This document shows, piece after piece, positions 11,183 to 23,675 of a stretch of DNA of 64,000 bases (the stretch's first letter is position 1; every line of letters starts with the position of its first letter). Source of the DNA: Squalus acanthias. Lineage: Eukaryota. Made by a program: the position numbers and the translations under genes. Location: the NCBI GenBank assembly GCA_030390025.1, contig CM059431.1, forward strand, positions 134,852,001-134,916,000. Direction: 5' to 3'. The notes below the pieces were generated by a model, which was given only the letters and a program-made list of their open reading frames with translations, was not told the origin of the DNA and did no database searches.

Positions 11183-14043
11183 ATGGTCACAGTAAATAAT
11201 AATTCATATAGGTCTGAGAGCGTTAAAAAAACAGGCCTGAAGGCTTTGTGTCTTAATTCAAGGAGCATTCGGAATAAGCTGGATGAATTAGCTGCGCAAA
11301 TAGAGGTAAATGAATACGATTTGATTGGGATTACAGAAACATGGCTCCAGGGTGGCCAAGGCTGGGAACTCAACATCCAGGGTTATTCAATATTTAGGAA
11401 AGATAGGCAAAAAAGAAAGGGAGGTGGGGTAGCATTGCTGGTTAAAGAGGGGATTAACACAATTGAAAGGAAGGATATTAACTCTGATGATGCGGAATCC
11501 GTATGGGTAGAACTGAGAAATAACAAGGGGCAGAAAACGTTAGTGGGAGTGGTATATAGACCTCCAAACAGTAATACGGAGGTTGGGGATGGCATTAAAA
11601 GGGAAATTAGAGAAGCATGCAGTAAGGGCACAGCAGTCATCATGGGTGACTTTAATTTACATATAGATTGGGCTAACCAAATTAGTAAAAATACTGTGGA
11701 GGAGGAATTCCTAGAATGTTTACGGGATGGTTTTCTGGAACAATATGTCGAGGAACCAACCAGAGATCAGGCCATCTTAGACTGGGTATTATGTAACGAG
11801 AAAGGATTAATTAGCAATCTTGTTGTACGAGGCCCCTTGGGTCAGAGTGATCATAATATGATAGAATTCTTCATTAGGATGGAGAGTGAAGTTGTTGAAT
11901 CAGAGACTAGGGTCCTGAATTTAAATAAAGGAAACTACGATTGTATGAGATGCGAATTGGGTAGGATTGATTGGGAAATGTCACTCAAAGGGTTGACGGT
12001 GGATAGGCAATGACAAACATTCAAAGACTGCATGGATGAACTACAGAATTTGTTCATCTCAGTGTGGCATAAGAATAAAACAAAAAGGGTGACTCAACCG
12101 TGGCTAACAAGGGAAATTAGGGATAGCATAAGATTCAAGGAGAGGGCATATAAATTGGTCAGAAAAAGCGGTAACCCTGAGGATTGGGAGCAGTTTAGGA
12201 TTCAACAAAGGAGGACAAAGGGATTAATTAAGAAGGGGAAAATAGAATTTGAAAGTAAGCTTGCTGGGAACAAAAAACTGACTGTAAGAGCTTTTATAGA
12301 TATGTGAAGAGAAAAAGATTAGTGAAATCAAGTGTAGGTCCCTTGCAGTCAGAAGCGGGGGAAGCTATAATGGGGAACAAAGAAATGGCAGACCAATTAA
12401 ATGCATATTTTGGTTCTGTCTTCACAAAGGAGGACACAAATAACCACCCATGGAGGTTGGAGAACATAGGGTCTGATGAAAGGGAGGAACTGAAAGAAAT
12501 CAGTATTTGCAGGGAAATGGTGTTAGGGAAATTGACGGGATTGAAGGCCGATAAATCCCCAGGGCCTGATAATCTACATCCTAGGGTACTTAAGGAAGTG
12601 GCCCTAGAAATAGTAGATGCATTGCTGATCATCTTCCAACATTCGATGGAATCTGGAACTGTACCCATGGATTGGAGGGTAGCTAATGTTACCCCACTAT
12701 TCAAAAAGGGTGGTAGAGAGAAAGCGGGGAATTACAGACCGGTAAGCCTGACATCGGTAGTGCGGAAAATGCTAGAGTCCATTATAAAGGATGTAATAGC
12801 TGAGCACTTGAAAAACAGTGACAGGTACGGACAAAGTCAACATGGATTTACAAAAGGTAAATCGTGCTTGACTAATCTACTGGAATGTTTTGAGGATGTA
12901 ACTGGGAAAATAGATAAGGGAGAACCAGTAGATGTGGTGTATTTGGACTTTCAAAAGGCTTTCGATAAGGTCCCGCATAAGAGATTAGCGGGTAAAGTTA
13001 AGGCACATGGGATTGGGGGCAAGGTATTGACTTGGATAGAGAACTGGTTGGCGGACAGAAAGCAGAGAGTAGGAATTAATGGGTCTTTTTCCGAGTGGCA
13101 AGCAGTGACTAGTGGGGTACCGCAGGGATCGGTCCTTGGACCCCAGCTATTCACAATATACATTAATGATCTAGATAAGGGAACTAAATGTAATATCTCC
13201 AAGTTTGCAGATGACACAAAGCTGGGTGGGAGTGTGTGCTGCGAGGAGGATACCGAGAAACTCCAGGATGATTTGGACAGGTTGGGTGAGTGGGCAGAAG
13301 CGTGGCAGATGCAATATAACGTGGATAAATGCGAGGTTATCCACTTTGGTGTCAAAAACAGAAAGGCAGACTATTATCTCAATGGCAATAGATTGGGAGA
13401 AGGGGAAGTGCAACGAGACCTGGGTGTCCTTGTGCACCAGTCGCTGAAGGTAAGCATGCAGGTGCAGCAGGCAGTGAAGAAGGCAAATGGTATGTTGGTC
13501 TTCATAGCGAATGGGTTTGAGTATACGAACAGGGTAGTCCTGCTGCAGTTGTACAGGGCCTTGGTGAGACCACACCTTGAGTACTGTGTGCAGTTTTGGT
13601 CGCCTTATCTGAGGAAGGATGTTCTTGCCATGGAAGGAGTTCAGCGAAGATTCACAAGGCTGATACCTGGGATGGCAGGAATGACATATGAGGAGAGATT
13701 GGGTCGATTGGGCTTGTACTCGCTGGAGTATAGAAGAATGAGAGGGGATCTCATCGAAACATATAAAATTCTGACAGGTCTGGACAAACTAGATGCAGGA
13801 AGAATGATCCCGATGGTCGGAGAGTCCAGAACCAGGGGTCATAATCTAAGGATAAGGGGTAAGCCATTTAGGACAGAAATGAGGAAGAATTTCTTCACCC
13901 AGAGAGTGGTGAACCTATAGAATTCTCTACCACAGAAGGTAGTTGAGGCGAAGTCATTAAATATATTCAAGAATGAGTTAGATATATTTCTTAAAGCTAA
14001 AGGTATCAAGGGATATGGGGAGAAGGCAGGTACAGGGTACTGA
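11183..14043 (+). pseudogene. CR1 ORF2: APE endonuclease and reverse transcriptase, few lesions
   Basis: [42 protein letters not shown] and FADD motifs. Stop at 12011, frameshift at about 12270, stop at 13918. Confidence 0.92.
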
Positions 14044-15020
14044 GTTTGGATGATCAACCATGATCTCATCGAATGGCGGAGCAGGCTCGAGGGGCCGAAT
14101 GGCCTTCTCCTGCTCCTATCTTCTATGTTTCTATGTTTCTATGTTTAGTGTATGTATGTGAACGCACGAAGCATAGTAAACAAGGTTGGTGAGCTGCAGG
14201 CACAAATAGCCACATGGGAATATGATATTGTGGCAATAACGGAGACCTGGCTCAAAAAAGGGCAGGATTGGGCATTAAATATAAGGTGTTCAGGAAAGGT
14301 AGGAAAGGAAAGATAGGAGGTGGTGTGGCATTATTGAGGAGAATGTTGCAGTGCTGGAGAGAGGATGTCCTGGGGGGGTCAAGGACAGAATCTATATGGC
14401 TAGAGTTAAGAAATAGTAGAGGAGCCATTACACTACTAGGTGTATTCTGTGGCCACCAACTAGTGGGAAAAATACAAAGGAGCAAATTTGCAGAGAGATG
14501 CAAGAACTATAGAGTAGTAGTAATGGGGGACTTCAACTATCCTAATATAGACTGGGATAGTAATAGTGTAAAGGGCAGAGAAGGGGAACAATTTCTGAAG
14601 TGTGTTCAGGAGAACTTTCTTGATCAGTATGTTTCCGGCCCAACGAGGAAGGAGGCATTGCTGGATCTGGTTCTGGGGAATGAGGTGGGTCAAGTGGAGC
14701 AAGTGTCAGTAGGTGAACATTTAGGGAACAGTGATCATAGTATCATAAGGTTTAGATTAGCTATGGAAAAGGACAGGGAGCAATCTAAAGTAAAAATACT
14801 TAATTGGAGGAAGGCCAATTTCAGTGGGATGAGAATAGATCTGGCACGGGTAAATTGGAATCAAAGATTGACAGGCAAAACTGTAATAGAACAATGGGCT
14901 GCCTTTAAAGAGGAAATAGATCGGGTACAGTTGAGGTACATTCCCACGAGGGGGAAAGGTAGGGCAACTAAAGTCGGAGCTCCCTGGATGACGAAAGAGA
15001 TAGAAAGATGAAGCAGAAAA

Positions 15021-15057
15021 AGTTCTGACGAAGGGTCATCGACCTGAAACGTTAACT
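15021..15057 (+). ncRNA. Minimal type I hammerhead ribozyme motif
   Basis: AGTT, CTGACGA, stem II (GGGTC-atc-GACCT), GAAAC, GTT, AACT. Stem I is AGTT/AACT and stem III is the palindromic ACGT. Confidence 0.7.
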
Positions 15058-15122
15058 CTGTTTCTCTCTCCACAGATGCTGCCTGACCTGCTGAGCATTT
15101 CCAGCATTTTCTGTTTTTATTT
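15023..15122 (+). mobile_element. 100-bp Penelope-terminus insertion with a minimal hammerhead ribozyme motif
   Basis: 9-bp TSD CAGAAAAAG at 15014-15022 and 15123-15131. Contains CTGACGA, a stem-loop, and GAAAC-GTT. Confidence 0.8.
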
Positions 15123-17912
15123 CAGAAAAAGAGCACGTATGACAGATGTCAGGTCGAGAATACACCTGAGAATCAGGCTAAATATAGAAAGCTCAGAGGA
15201 GAAGTGAAAAAGAAAATAAGAGGGCCAAAGAGAGGGTATGAGAATAGAATGGCAGATAACATAAAAGGTAATTCAAAAGTCTTCTATAGGCAGATAAATA
15301 GTAAATGGATAGTAAGAGGAGGGCTGGGGCCGATTAGGGACCAAAAAGGAGATCTACGCATGGAGGCAGAGGGTATGGCTGAGGTGCTAAATGAGTACTT
15401 TGCATCTGTCTTCACCAAGGAAGATGATGCTGCCATAGACATAGTGAAGGAGGAGGTAGAGGAGATACTGGATGGGATAAAAATTGATAAAGAGGTACTA
15501 GAAAGGCTGGCTGTACTTAAAGTAGATAAGTCACCAAGACCAGACGGGATGCATCCTAGGACGCTGAGGGAAGTGAAGAAGAAATCGCGGAGCTACTGGC
15601 CATAATTTTCCAATCCTCCTTAGAAACGGGGGTGGAGCCAGAGGAATGGAGAATTGCAAATGTTACGCCCTTGTTCAAAAAAGGGTGTTAAGATAAACCC
15701 AGCAACTGCAGGCCAGTCAGTTTAACCTCTGTAGTGGGGAAGCTTTTAGAAACAATAATCAGGGACAAAATTAACAGTCACTTGGACAAGTGTGGATTAA
15801 TTAAGGAAATCCAACATGGATAAAGGCAAATCGTGTTTAACCAACTTGATCAAGTTTTTTGATGAGGTAACAGAAAGGGTTGATGAGGGCAATGTGGATG
15901 ACGTGGTGTACATGGATTTCCAAAAAGCTTGCCAGCAAAGTTGAAGCACATGGAATAAAAGGGACAGTGGCAGCATGGATACGAAATTGGCTAAGTGACA
16001 GGAAACAGAGAGCAGTGGTGAACGGTTGATTTTCGGACTGGAAGAAGGTGTTCCCCAGAGGTCGGTTCTAGAACCACTGCTTTTACTGATATACAGTATA
16101 TTAATGACTTAGATGTGGGTGTACAGGGCACAATTTCAAAATCTGCAGATGACACAAAACTTGGAAGTATAGTGAACAGCGAGGAGGATAGTGATAGACT
16201 TCAAGTGGACATAGACAGGCTAGTGGAATGGGCGGACACGTGGCAGATGAAATTTAACGCAGAAAAGTGCAAAGTGAGACATTTTGGTAGAAAGAATGGA
16301 AGAGAGGAAATATAAATTAAAGGGTACAATCCTAAAGGGGGTGCATGAACAGAGAGACCTGGGGGTATATGTGCACAAATCGTTGAAGGTGGCAGGGCAG
16401 GTTCAGAAAGCGGTTAAAAAAGCTTACGGGATCCTGGGCTTCATGAATAGAGGTATAGAGTACAAAAGCGTGGAAATTATGATGAACCTGTATAAAACAC
16501 TGGTTCGGCCTCAACTGGAGTATTGTGTCCAATTCTGAGCACCGCACTTTAGGAAGGATGTGAAGGCCTCAGAGAGGGTGCAGAAAAGATTCACGAGAAT
16601 GATTCCAGGGATGAGGGACTTCAGTTATGTGGATAGACTGGAGAAGCTGGGGTTGTTCTCGTTAGAGCAGAGAAGATTGAGAGGAGATTTGATAGAGATG
16701 TTCAAAATCATGAGGGGTCTGGACAGAGTAGATAGGGAGAAACTGTTCCTATTGGCAGAAGGGTTGAGAACCAGACGACACAGATTTAAGGTGATTGGCA
16801 GAAGAACCAAAGGCGACTTAAGGAGAAACTTTTTTACTCAGCGAGTGGTTAGGATCTGGAATGCAATGCCTGAAAGGGTGGTGGAGGCAGACTCAATCAC
16901 GGCTTTCAAAAGAGAATTGGATAAGTACTCGAAGGAAAAACATTTGCAGGGCTACGGGAAAAGGGCCGGGGAGTGGGACTAGCTGAAGTGCTCTTGCAGA
17001 GAGCTGGCATGGCTCGATGGGCCGAATGGCCTTCTTCCGTGCTGTAACCATTCTATAATTCTATGATAATTCTCCTAATTTTTTTTAGCAGTCTTCTATT
17101 TATGGCCTAGTTACTGACCATTGGAAATACTGTTTTCCTGATTTATCTTATCAAAATCCCCCATAATTTTGAACACCTACCCAATCTCCTCTTAACCTTC
17201 TTTGTTCTAAGGAAAATAGCCTAGTTCCTGCAGTCTGGCCACCAACGATCTGCCCAGCAAGTGAGAGGGTTGGGATGTGGGAACTCGTTGGGGTTGGAAG
17301 TCTCTACCCCTCTTACATCGCTGCCCTTGTTTAAAGTGGGTGGAGGGTTTACAAGGCCCCATAGAAACTCCGGGGAAGGCTGGGACTTGTCCTAATTTGC
17401 AACCCTTCCACCACACTCCTGCTGACATTGAGGCAGTGTTGAGCAGATAGGGCACAGATTTTAGCCACCAGCGCTTCACCACTGGCACTTATGAAAGAGG
17501 ACAGGGAACGAAATACCTGGCAATGGTAGTCTGGTAACACTACTTTCTGTTCCTGTCAGCAGAAACATTGCTTTGCTTTTCTTTTCAAATTGGGAAACAA
17601 AAATGAAGGCTCAAAAGTCACGGTGCTAGACACCATCAAGATCAAAAAGAGTAAAATAAAAGACAAAGCAAATCAAGAAACAGAGGTTCACTGACACCAA
17701 GGCTGAGTTCAAAAACCCTGCAGATTGTAGAAGGGAAAGACTGACGGAATCTCGGAGTTCCATAGCTTGAGGGATATAGTGAGAAGAGCGTATTGAACAG
17801 TGTACTTGAACCAATGGAAGAAAAGAGGAAAGATCAAAAAAATACTGGTGAAACATTTTGTAAGATAAGTGGCAAATTGGAAACAGAAGTGACACTGGCA
17901 CTGACAGACCTA

Positions 17913-18370
17913 ATGGGGCCAAAAATCTTCAGGGGGATGTGCTGGAAATTAGACCAGCACCCAGATATTGTGTGTCTTGGCCTTTCGTTAAAGCATCTGA
18001 GATGGCCTGCGAGGGGCGCAGCCTCCGCTCACCTTCAGCACAAGAGGGAACCGGGACTCTCACCTTTGGGAGCTCCTGCAATGTCGGCTCTCCGAGGGAC
18101 CCAGTGTAAGGTCGGCAGAAGAATGCCTGGTGAAACCAAGTGTACAATGCCAACCACCAGCAGAAATGGGGCCCACTTTATTATCCAGGCTGGAAACATG
18201 GCCTGTACCATCCAAGAAAAGGGCTGTCACCACCTTATTTAAAAAAAAGATTTAAATGCAGCCCTCTTCCAAATGAGGCTGCAGGGACGGTTTAAAGTTG
18301 TTTCTGGTGGGGGGCCCCAGAGGAGTTTCCAGCCTCTTTAGCGGGTGGGTGCCCTAGATGCACCCTAAAA
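17913..18370. mobile_element. Possible degraded Harbinger-type MITE
   Basis: GC-rich island beginning GGGGCCAAAAATCTT. Right terminus unclear. Confidence 0.35.
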
Positions 18371-19005
18371 TGTGACACTGGAGAGTAATGAACATATGCT
18401 AGATGCAAAACTTAAAATCTTGTATATTTGCAGAAATGTAGTCTTGCAGTCTGTAATTCAACACGTTGCCACTAGGATTTAAATTATGGTATATTTTGGC
18501 GACCAGCTTTTAAAAAAAAACACAGGTTTTATTTCATGAATGTCTAATAGTCCAACAAGGTTTTGAAAATTAAAAAGTCTGGTTCACTAAATGCAGTTGT
18601 TTTTCCTTTTTATTTTAAAATGGAAGCATCAGTTCCAGCTCACTCCAAATCAGCTGGAATAACTGACATGACAACGAGCCTGTTTTTTCTGTTACCAGTC
18701 CCATGGGTAGCCTGTGGGATGATGCCAGCCTACCCACATTGAAAACAGTAAGTATGATATGGTAGCTGGACGGCAAAAGTAATAGAATTTCCTCTCCCAC
18801 TCAATTGTCACTGGTATCACATTCGAGGCTGCTTTACAAGGAGAATTGGTTATATTTCATATATATTGAATATTTCCACAAAACACTCATTTATAAAAGA
18901 TGCTTCCTGCAAGCAAGTTTACTGCTTAACCATATAAAGCAAATTAATTTTCCATTAAAACTGAACAAAATCAAAAGTGGTCAAACAACACAGACTGATA
19001 GGACA

Positions 19006-19220
19006 AAAACAAAATACTGCGGATGCTGGAAATCTGAAATAAAAACAGAAAATGCCGGAAATACTCAGCAGGTCAGGCAGCATCTGTGGAGAGAGAAACA
19101 GAATTAACGTTTCAGGTCGATGACCTTTCGTCATCGTTCTGACGAAAGGTCATCAACCTGAAACGTTACTCTGATGCTGCCTGACCTGCTGAGTATTTCC
19201 TGCATTTTTCTGATTTTATT
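19006..19220. mobile_element. Head-to-head (hairpin) Penelope-terminus element with two hammerhead motifs
   Basis: 16-bp TSD ACAGACTGATAGGACA at 18990-19005 and 19221-19236. The two arms are inverted copies meeting at about 19135. Confidence 0.85.
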
Positions 19221-20929
19221 ACAGACTGATAGGACATTGTTCTTTGTTCCCAATTTGCCAAATTTTTGATCTGAGCCACGCACAGAAGCGAAGCAGTAGT
19301 GGTAGGTGGCAGGCAGGCCAAAAAAACGGCAAAAGGAGTCTTCACAAGGCTGTTCTTGGGCCAATAGTCACAGTAAGTTTTGCCTGTCCTCTCTTTTCTG
19401 CACAAGAGATGTCTGAATAGGCTGAGGGAACCAGTGAGCTGAGGGGAAAAAAGGTTTATGCCTGCATGGGAAGACAATATAGCCTTCAAAGTATAAGATA
19501 AAAAGGAAAAAAGACGAACATTTTATTCTTTCCAATTTCAGTCTCCCCCTCACAGCAAGTTGTTCTTTCCTATATTTCAAACAGGAGGATGCTAAATTTT
19601 CAAACTTAAATGTGACTATTAGCTTGCTCATTCCTGCTCAGCAGTGGCACAGAACTGTCAATGTCAGTGAAGAGATTAATGGCTTTCCAAGCAAACATGT
19701 GTGTCAATCTTTTGTCTTTGGGGCTGGATAGCATAAATAATTCATATCAACAGAGTCTCTGCCGTCTTTGCAAGCCTCTTTTCATTGGATCTATTATCTA
19801 AAACAAAAGTAGAAATCACTTTTCAACTTGGGGAATTCCAACCTGCTGCTTCAATATTAAAGGCCACATTAATCTAAAAGTTCTATTTACAAGTTTTCAG
19901 ACAGAGAGGGAAGGGAAAAAGGAGAGAATAACCAAGAACTCAATGAGAAAATATAATATATCAGAAGACCATTTTTAATCCTATTTTGGTCATTTTGGTT
20001 ACATCCATGAAATCTGAAAGGCCCAAGTAGCATCACTACCCAAACATCACATCCATATTAGGTGCACAACAGCTTGTGTAGCACACAGCTTGACAATTCC
20101 TATGCTCAGCAATGGTATCAATATTAATTGACAACATAACGGCTTTAACAGTTAAAGGTTTCATTTACATCTACCTTTTAAAGACTAAATACAATCATAT
20201 TTATCAAGCATCTGCATTTTCTGTTCCATTTAGAAAATAACACAATTATAGACCGACAAATTTATGGAGCTGCATATGCAATGTGTTTAATAGTACATAC
20301 AGGCAAGGATATTAATCATAATTTATGGTGCCATAAACATAAAGGAAGTCAGTCTAGGTTTTAGAATATGAAAGTCTGTTAATGATCAAAAGGAAAGCTT
20401 TTCTGTTCCAAACAAGAATGAACCTCTGATATGGTTTTTAAGGGAGAACAAAATGTTACATTCAATCTTTTTTATTTTTTCAAATTTAAGAGAAGTGATT
20501 TCCTACCCCAGGAAGGGAAATTTTAAAGTTACTAAAAATTGAGTTTGTGAAAAAATGTTAATAGCAGTGTCAATATGAGCAGAGGCAGTCACTGAAGGCA
20601 TACACTCGGAATGCGGATACATGCATAGTCACTTAAAAAAAAAGCCAGACCCAGCAGCCAAAGATAACTAAGGAGAAAAATTTACAGCACGTACTATTAG
20701 CTGGCAGTGGGAGGAAAGGCAGAAGCTAACAGTGGCAATCTTCATCTGCCACCAACTCCAAAGATCATCGATAATATAAAAACGGGGCTGCTTTCAGGTC
20801 CAGCAGATACTCAAAAAAGATCTGACTCAAAAAGGGACATTCAAGTAATATACGGCATTACAGCATAAATAATAATATTATTTCTGGAGAATGTGCTCTT
20901 TCATCCAACAGTCATGTAACATGGGCTTA

Positions 20930-21512
20930 TGGGGGAATATTTTTGTTTTACACCTAAAATGGGCCTGATATTGGCAGTGTGCCCACAATACCCGCCAAAG
21001 ACAGACGGGCGCTCCGCTGCAGCTCACTAGCTATCAACCTCGGAAAACCAGCCAACTTCTTTACAAACTGGCAGGCAGGCAGAGCTTGTTCGGGGAAGCG
21101 GGGGGGCGGGGGCATAGGAGGTTGAGAACAGGTCAGCAACGAGCCAGAAGAATTTTGTGGGGTCAGGAGGAGAATGAATGCTCACCCTGACCGTACAAAA
21201 ATCTTTCTAAAGTAAAACTTGTTGTTTTGAACTCCAGTGGTTCCCTTAAGGACAGCTGATTAGGCCTCTCAACACCTGGAAGAGGGAGTAGCATGCACTT
21301 TGCATGCTCTGCCCATTCCTCCATGAAAATTACAATAAGGGTCCTACAACCAGCGTAGGACTCCGATCTGCAAGTTTAAACAGCTTCCCACCTCTTTTGG
21401 ATGGGCACGCTGGGCGCTGATTTAAAGGCCTGCCTGAAAATTGAATCAGGCAAATGGATGTCCGGATTTTCATGTGCCAGTTGCCCGTTTTTCAGGCGAA
21501 AAACATTCGGCC
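20930..21512. mobile_element. Degraded Harbinger-type MITE
   Basis: Ends GGGGGAATATTTTT...CACCTAAAA and TTTTCAGGCGAAAAACATTCGGCC are imperfectly inverted around a GC-rich interior. Confidence 0.5.
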
Positions 21513-22434
21513 AGCAGTGTGTGTGTTAATATCCCATTCTTCCAAATTCATAAACCAAGGCTCATAATTAATGTATGAAGGGATGATTTCAGCAGAGCCT
21601 TGCCTCATTCACACTGTAAACTGTGTAGTAAAAATACATATTATAAACAAAAGTTTTATATAAAGAATTAAATCAGCTCCAAATAGGTGGAAACAAAAAT
21701 GGTTGTTAAATTATAGCTCATTAAAGACCACACACAGAAAAACAGATCACCATAGCAACTTACAGAGCCTGGCTTTAGATCGGCTGATAACTTATTTACT
21801 GTAACTTGGTTATGTGAAAGACACCGCTTTCTCACTGCTCTACTTCCTCACGTTCTACCTGGATGCAGGTTTAGATTGCTTCTGGAACAGCTGACCTGAC
21901 GATCAGGGAAAACCACGTGCTACAACACAATTCATGTCCATCAAGACATTTAGAGAGCCTCGACAAGCCTGAGCAAAACCATGAGTATATAAACTTTCGA
22001 TAAAGGGTTAGTCTAAGATAAGCATTTGGAGCGCGAAATTTGGATCCATAGCCCCAAAACACAAGTGCCCTTTGAGGTCGAAAATGGCGTCCACAGCGCG
22101 CATGCACACTTCTGGTGCACGCTTCGTGTAATGCTGATTTGAAGCCAGCGCTGCCATTTTGGAGCTCAACGCTCAAGCTAACGCCTTCCCTTAAGCGCGC
22201 ACAGCTGAACACGCGTGCAGCAGCAGGAAGGAACCTCCACCAGTGCTATTTAAAGGGATCAACTACATTCAGGTTAGTTGCTGATTGATTTCTACTGGCT
22301 GTTGCTGTGATTGTACAAGTGTTTGGTGCTTCCTAGAGTTCTTTAAAGTTGCTAAATCTACAGGAGTGGTGTGGCAGGTGTGGAGGACTTTGTCCTCACT
22401 TCAAGGCTTCTGCACAAACCAGTTGCTCTCAGAC

Positions 22435-23026
22435 ATGGGTGCAGTAGTAGGCACTCCTCTTGGGCTACAGCATAACTGGGAGAATAAGCAGAAGCAACAC
22501 AGAGCAGGGCAAGCTGCTAGAAGAGGGAGGAGGAGGAGGGGGCGAAGGGCTCTCAGTAGGAGGCCATATCCACCCAGGGTGTTCAGGGAACAGTGTGTGA
22601 GATGTCTGCGCTTCACTATGGATGTCCTCACTGAAATCTGCCACCTGCTGCAACCACAACTACAACCACAGAGCAGAGCAATGACCGCATTGCCAGTGGC
22701 TGTGAAGAGGACAGTGGCCATGAACTTTTGTGCGTCGGGCTCCTTCCAGGCTGGAGCTATTTGTAATATCTTGCAGTTTGCCGTCCACTGTTGCGCAAGG
22801 GACGTCACTTGAGGCACTCGATTCCAAGAGAGCTGACTACATTTCATTCTCTCGCCAGAGAGCAGCAGGCAAAGCAAGCACGCGGCATTGCGAGGATTGT
22901 AGGTTTCCCCATGGTGCAGAGCGCCATTGACTGCATGCACATCATTGGTGTGCTGAAACAACGCTTGTGCTGCCTGGACCGCTCTGCAGGAGCCCCGCAG
23001 TACGTGTGCCAAGTTTCGTGGTGGTC
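22435..23026 (+). pseudogene. Harbinger transposase remnant (5' part)
   Basis: RRPYPPRVFRE, EICHLLQPQL, ALPVAVK.TVAMNFCASGSFQ, GFPMVQSAIDCMH and IGVLKQRLCCLDRSAGAPQY, with internal deletions and frameshifts. Confidence 0.85.
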
Positions 23027-23239
23027 TTTTTTAAGGTCACGTTTATTTCCAACACCAGATTTCTGATTGGTCACCTTGGAGGACAAGACACACCCAGCAG
23101 TTTCTCTGGAATGTGCAATTAGATCCTGCCTGCCTAAGTAATCAATTACTTTGCAAAGTGTAATTCGAGCCATTCTGACTGCCAAGCTTCAGACAGAACA
23201 GAGCTCACATAGAACAGATAGGGCTCACCCTCGCGGGTC

Positions 23240-23675
23240 AAGACCTTCTCCCACCCCCAAACAAGTTCCTGCACCCGCCCAAGAAGTTCCTAGCCTTCGT
23301 CCCACCCCCAAGTTTCTGACCTTTTCCCTCTCCAACAAGTTCCTGACCCCGACCTTACCGCCCCCCCCCAAGTTCCTGAACTTCTCCCCCGCCCAAGATC
23401 CTGACCTCGCCCACCTCCCCCCCCCGTCCCCCACCACACGAGTTCCTGACCTCACCCCTGCCCAAGTTCCTGACCTCACCTCCCCCAACAAGTTTCTGAC
23501 CTCCTCCCCCCACCCTCGGGTTCCTGACCTTCTCCCCCTGCCCAACTTCCTTCCCCCTCCCCCGGGTTCCTGACCTTCTCCCCCTGCCCAACTTCCTCCC
23601 ACCCCCCCCCCCCGAGTTCCTGATCTTCTCCCCCCAATAAATTCCTGCCCTTCCCCGCCCCCACCTCCCCCCCGC
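23240..23675. repeat. C-rich minisatellite, unit approximately AAGTTCCTGACCTYCTCCCCC
   Basis: More than a dozen imperfect copies of (A/G)GTTCCTGACC followed by a C-tract. Confidence 0.85.

Larger units (their letters stand above)
9777..14146 (+). mobile_element. Near full-length young CR1 LINE
   Basis: 5' UTR with a repeated motif at 47-bp spacing, then ORF1, ORF2, a 3' stem-loop region and a (CTATGTTT)n tail. Confidence 0.95.
9324..17068 (+). mobile_element. Outer CR1 LINE (ORF1 end at 9324-9622, ORF2 at 14147-16982) split by a younger CR1
   Basis: ORF1 esterase C-terminus (INAWLKRWC...DGLHLNRAG). ORF2 rejoins as SKIGL / CMYVNARS across the inner insertion, has several frameshifts, and ends in a CR1 tail at about 17068. 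Confidence 0.9.

Noticed and set aside
12294..14069. Recurrent antisense ORFs over CR1 RT (also at 28300, 40659, 57621, 60814 and 63209)
   Set aside because: They are shadow frames of homologous RT sequence and recur only because the repeats are homologous.
17230..17910. Possible coding or retroelement remnant (purine-rich)
   Set aside because: No recognisable motif or sustained frame could be assigned by eye.
23240..23675. CRISPR-like repeat-spacer array
   Set aside because: The units are degenerate with C-tract linkers rather than unique spacers, there are no cas genes, and the context is a vertebrate intron.
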